Below, piece by piece: positions 59,601-64,000 of a DNA stretch of 64,000 bases. The stretch lies in contig JAPMXV010000039.1 of NCBI GenBank assembly GCA_026936335.1, forward strand, positions 1 through 64,000, read 5' to 3'. Each line of letters starts with the position of its first letter. Within the stretch, counting starts at the first letter, position 1. The notes beneath the pieces were generated by a model. That model ran no database searches and was not told the DNA's origin. It saw nothing but the letters and a program-made list of their open reading frames with translations. The stretch is from Mantamonas sphyraenae STR306 (lineage: Eukaryota; Protista; CRuMs). Position numbers and translations under genes: made by a program.

Positions 59601-62420
59601 TCTCCTGCGTCCACCTCGTGCTCCTCTTCAAACATGTCTGGCGTTTTGGCGCCGTCTGGGAACGGGAACGCCCCTTCGCCGCTGCTGTGACTGTCCTTGT
59701 ACGGAGTGCCTGGCGAAAGGTGCCACTCAAAGATACCCTGCGAGTCTGCGCCCGGGGACGGCATGCCCGAGTTGACGTTTGCGTTGGTGTGGTAAAAGCC
59801 CACCGAGCCTGCAAACGCGCTGTCTGGCTGATCTTCCTGGTACACGAGATCCAGGTTGTACCCAAGCTGCCTGTCCGTGTCGTTGCCATCAATGTCCGGC
59901 TCCAGGTCGTTGTCGCTGTCTTCGCTTCGATTTGCCGGCATCTCCAACTGGAAGTTGCCGCTGGTGGATGAGGTGCTCTTGCGCATGTCGCCGTATCCAA
60001 ATGCACTTGCGTCGCTGTCGCCACTGCTGCGTGTGCTCGTCGAACTCGTGTGTGTGGTCGTGCGTCGTGCGCTCGTGGCACGTGGTTTGCTCACTTGGAA
60101 CGGCAGCCTGCCTGCACTGTTGTTCACCTCTGACCCCGCGCTGCTGCGCGGCGAAAACACATTCTCGCTGCTGCGGCTGGGGATCAGCTGAGGCGTCGAG
60201 GTACGATTCATAAAGGTGTGCTCCACAAGGCCGTTCTTGCGATTGATGCTGGGCAGGTCGGGCAGCATGAAGCGAGTTTCCAGCACAGCCATGGTGTCCT
60301 CGGACATGAAGTTGGTCATGTCAAAGATGTCGTCACCCACGGCCTCGTAGATGACAGCCAAGGCTTCGATGCCCACCAGCTTCACCTTTGGTTTCTCGTC
60401 CATCAGCACGGCATCCAGAGACTCGATCAGCCACTCGTAGTCAAAGTCGTGCCCTCGGAACGTTAGCATCGCCATGATGATTGTGTTGATCACATCCTCG
60501 CGCACGTGTGCGTTGTGGTGTGACAGAGCTCCCACAAGGTACACCAGCACGGGCGCTGGGCTCAGGCTCTGCATCAGCGCCTTGAAGATGCGCATGGATG
60601 TCTCTCGGACAATGGTCTTGTTTTCTCCCAGCTTCTCGATGAGGTGTGGCACAAATTCGCTGAGCACGGCCTCCATCTCATGGCCCATCAGCACACACAG
60701 CTGTTCGATGATGCCCATTGTCGTCATGGCGATTTTAAAGTTGGCGTCGCTGAGCGGGTTGCCGGTTAGGAATTGCAGCAGCTCGCCAAGATGCGGTTGC
60801 AGCGCACGTGGATTGTCCACGCTTTCAATCACATTGTACATCTGCAGAAAGAGTGGAGGGAGACATCGCACGGGAGGCGTGGGTGTCCAGGTGTGTGAGC
60901 AAATGCAGTGGGACGCAGACGGAACACCTGGCGCAAAATAGGACAAACTCACCTCTTCGATCCCTTGCGAGCGCTCTCGCCAATTTGACTCATCAGCAAT
61001 CTGGTTGATCACAGCCACAGGGATGATGCCAAAGCGAAGATCATCCAGTTGTGAGTGCTGGCCTGTCCGAGCTCCTGCATCAGAGTTTGAGCTGCTTGCC
61101 CCTTGCAACTCATGCTGGCCAAAGTGTTTGCTGTATGCGCTTTGATGGTGGCTGCTCATGTCGCGCAGCGTACGTTGCCATGAGATATCCAGCACTTTGC
61201 GCATGTGCTCCAGCGCCTGTGTGGTGTACGTCACGTGCACATGTGTGCCGTGTGCGAGTCGGGAAACCAAAAGCGCGTCAGCGTCGTTGAGCGCCCTCCA
61301 GGCCGCCTTTCCCCCCCCCCTCCCCCCTTGTTGTCCATGCAATTCCTACCTCTGTCGCGGCCTGTGCTACGTCTGCATCAACATCGTCCAGACGCGAGGT
61401 CAGAGACTCCAGCAATAATACATAGTCTGCGCCAGGCAGGAAGCTGTCCAGAATCTGCGCAACCGCGTTGCAGCTGTGCCGCCTCAACGCTCGCTGTGTC
61501 ATCCACCCCGCGTGTCAGCCCCTCGCTCCACCTCATCCCTCATCTCCACATCCACAGGCACACGAGTGTATGGGCCGTGCCCGTGTCTTGTTTCAACCCT
61601 CGTATGCCTCTCTTGCAGCCTGCCAGAGCCACGCCAACGAACTTTGGGGCTCCACACGATTCCAACACGTGTCCAGCCTCCACGTTCCTTCCCATCTTCC
61701 ACTTTCGCTGGCGCCTTACCTTTTCGCTTTCAATGCCCTGCGAAATGAGCACGCCAAAAAGCGCTTCTGTGTTCTGCGTAAACTTGAGGAATCGTGCAAG
61801 GACACGCACAGCAGCGCGGCGAATCAACGCCCTGGAATCGCCCAGGTTGAGCACCAAGTTCGGCAGCAGCATGCTCATGTGCGATTCGAGCTCAGGTCCG
61901 AACTCGGGGATAATTTCATACAAGTACTGCTCAGTTTGCTCCACCACTCCCTGTTCATCCAAAGCGTCAGCGACCCAACATGGGCAAAAAAAACGCCCGC
62001 AACTGCCAAGTGGCCTGGTGCAACCACAGAGCACGGCATGGCTTGCATGCGCGCTGCAAGCCGTGCCCCACACAACCTCCAACCACCACATGTGTGATAT
62101 CAACGCGTCCACCTACCCAGTTCTCGTCCACCAGCCTCAACTTCAGCAGCTGGAAGAGCCGTTTGAGGTTGCTAATCAACACATGGCCGTCGTTCTCCTC
62201 GGCCGATGCAATCAGTTTATCCAGTGTTGTCGAACGCACGCTGGCGCTGCTGTCATCCAATCTGAACAGGGACGTGTGCAACGGGCGGTGTAAGAATGCA
62301 GGTTTCACACAACGTGCCACTTCAGGTGCACAGACTCGATGTGGTGTATCTTGCGCCCAAGTGACACTCAACCATCCTTTCAGTGACTTCTTACCCTTTG
62401 AAAACAGCGCTTGCGTCCAT
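56687..62420 (-). CDS. TOGARAM1: TOG-array microtubule regulator, crescerin/CHE-12 type (2 TOG + long linker + 2 TOG); several introns at 60840-62395
   Basis: HEAT/TOG motifs NWRERSQGIEE, DANFKIAMTT, KWDTQYEALNTVRR, NLRSQISKNA, KLWQDRLEG and DGNLKV in 2+2 arrangement. Confidence 0.8.
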
Positions 62421-62611
62421 CCTGACGACCAGAGAAGTTTTGGCCGGGTGTGCGGTGCGGCGGACTTCTTGGCTCCATCTTGTGCCGCCCTGTGCTCGCA
62501 GTCACGGATACAAATCCGTCACCAATGCTGCCTACTTTGTCCACGCTGGGCATAGGATGGGACGGTGGAGTGTCATTCCCGTCCGTCGCCGCCTGGAGCA
62601 GAACAACGGCC

Positions 62612-64000
62612 ATGGACGAACACAGCACGCTGGCTCAGTCGATGCCAGTGTCCAGCACTCAGCCGCGCGTGGAAGCGTCGCAACCGGGCAGTATGACACC
62701 AGGGAGAGCTGGTTTGTCATCGTCGTCGTCGTCGTCGTCGTCGTCGATGTCTTCGTCGTCAGGAGCAAGCACTTTGTACACCAAATGGGGGCTCAACACA
62801 AGCTCTACCACCCTGTCTTCCGGAATGGCAGGCCACAATAGCCCCATGGTGAATGCCACTGTCAACTCGGAGAACCTGCGCATGCTGATTAACCAGAAGG
62901 AGGCTGAGCTCAGTGAAATTCAGTCCTTCCGCTTCCGGGCACTTGAGGAAGCCCTGCAGACCAAAGACAAAGAGGTGGGTTTGCCTTGTCTGCCCTGTGC
63001 GTGTCAATCACCCCTGTGCTCGGGTCCAACAGTCGACGGTGTCCTGTCTGAGGTGCTTGTCTTGCACAGGCCGCCCGCTTCGCTCTCGTCACGCAACGTT
63101 CAGCGCGCGCTGACACCCCGCCTCGGCTCTTTTGCCTCCCCCTACACAGCTTGCCGCCGAGCAAACACGCTTCAAACATCTCAAGGACGACTTTGATTAC
63201 AATCTTCAGCTTCTGCAAGAACGAGACAGTGAGCTGGATCGGTACGAGTCGGCTTTCGCTGCGATGCAGAACGCGCTTCAAGACAAGTAAGACAAACTCA
63301 CGATCGCTCTTGCCGGCCTCTGCTTTGCTCATTTTTGCTGACACGTTGCTTCACAATGTCCCTTCCGGTATGTTTACTGAACTACATCTGCCTGGGCCCT
63401 TCTATTGTCCATTCTGGCCTCAAAAGGGACGCGCAAATCAGTGAGAGCAGAATTGCGCTGGCCGATGCCGAGTCGCAGAACAGACGTCTGACCGCACAAC
63501 TGGCTGAAACGCAGAAGCACTTTCAACACAAAGTCGCCGAAGAGCGCACACGCACGGAACAGGTGCAGGTGCTCAAGCAGGACGAGCTGCACAGGCAGCG
63601 CGAACAGTTCGAAGGGATCCAGCGTGACCTGCAACGGCAGCTGGAGCAGAGCCAGGATGAGCTGGTGCGCCTGCGCAAAGAACTGACGCAGAGCTTTGAC
63701 GAGGCCTTTGACAAGCGTGAGGCCGAGTACCAAGAAGTCGAAGCGGAGTATCTGGAGGCCATCTCACAGCGTGACCAAGCCTTGCGAGAGGCACACAAAC
63801 AGGGTGAGTCACTCCAAGCGGCACACAGGGCGGCCATGGACAGCGTGAAGGACATGCAAGCGGCCATGGAGAACATGGATCGGGTGTCGAGCAAAAAGGC
63901 ACGCGAGTTGCAGAGTGTGGTCAACGCACAGCAGGATCGCATCGAGGAGCTGGAGGAGGAGAGGAAAGCGCTGTTGGTCGACAAACAGAAGCTGTTGGAC
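62612..64000 (+). CDS. CCDC57: Centriolar coiled-coil protein CCDC57-like; 3' truncated by the window; introns ~62975-63149 and ~63287-63425
   Basis: LINQKEAEL...FKHLKDDFDYNLQLLQERDSELDRYE resembles the conserved CCDC57 N-terminal motif (LQEDFVYNLQVLEERDLELERYD). Confidence 0.75.

Overview
Left end of a chromosome from a very compact, GC-rich unicellular eukaryote. It has (TAACCC)n/TTAGGG telomere repeats, short GT-AG introns with CTGAC/CTAAC branch points and the standard genetic code. Cilium/centriole genes suggest a flagellated protist, but the species cannot be determined from sequence alone. About 22 protein genes are packed with spacers of often only 5-100 bp, largely in same-strand runs. 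In order: subtelomeric orphan with a duplicated domain, LRR-ankyrin gene, CDC7, RAD51D, EEF1AKMT1, DUF72, HSF-type factor, ALDH7A1, Dispatched-like RND, MINDY, four-domain cation channel, ~4,750-aa coiled-coil RasGEF, AAR2, pseudo-rhomboid, GT-like protein, TPR protein, triple ependymin-like membrane protein, beta-tubulin, RFC5, coiled-coil orphan, TOGARAM1/crescerin and CCDC57 (truncated by the window). The most striking observation is that the NALCN/Cch1-like four-domain channel (filter ring E-D-D-E, degenerate voltage sensors) carries a C-terminal segment matching the ATP-cone of ribonucleotide reductase/NrdR, which would make it a candidate (d)ATP-sensing Ca2+ channel. All family assignments are by visual motif recognition; no searches were run.
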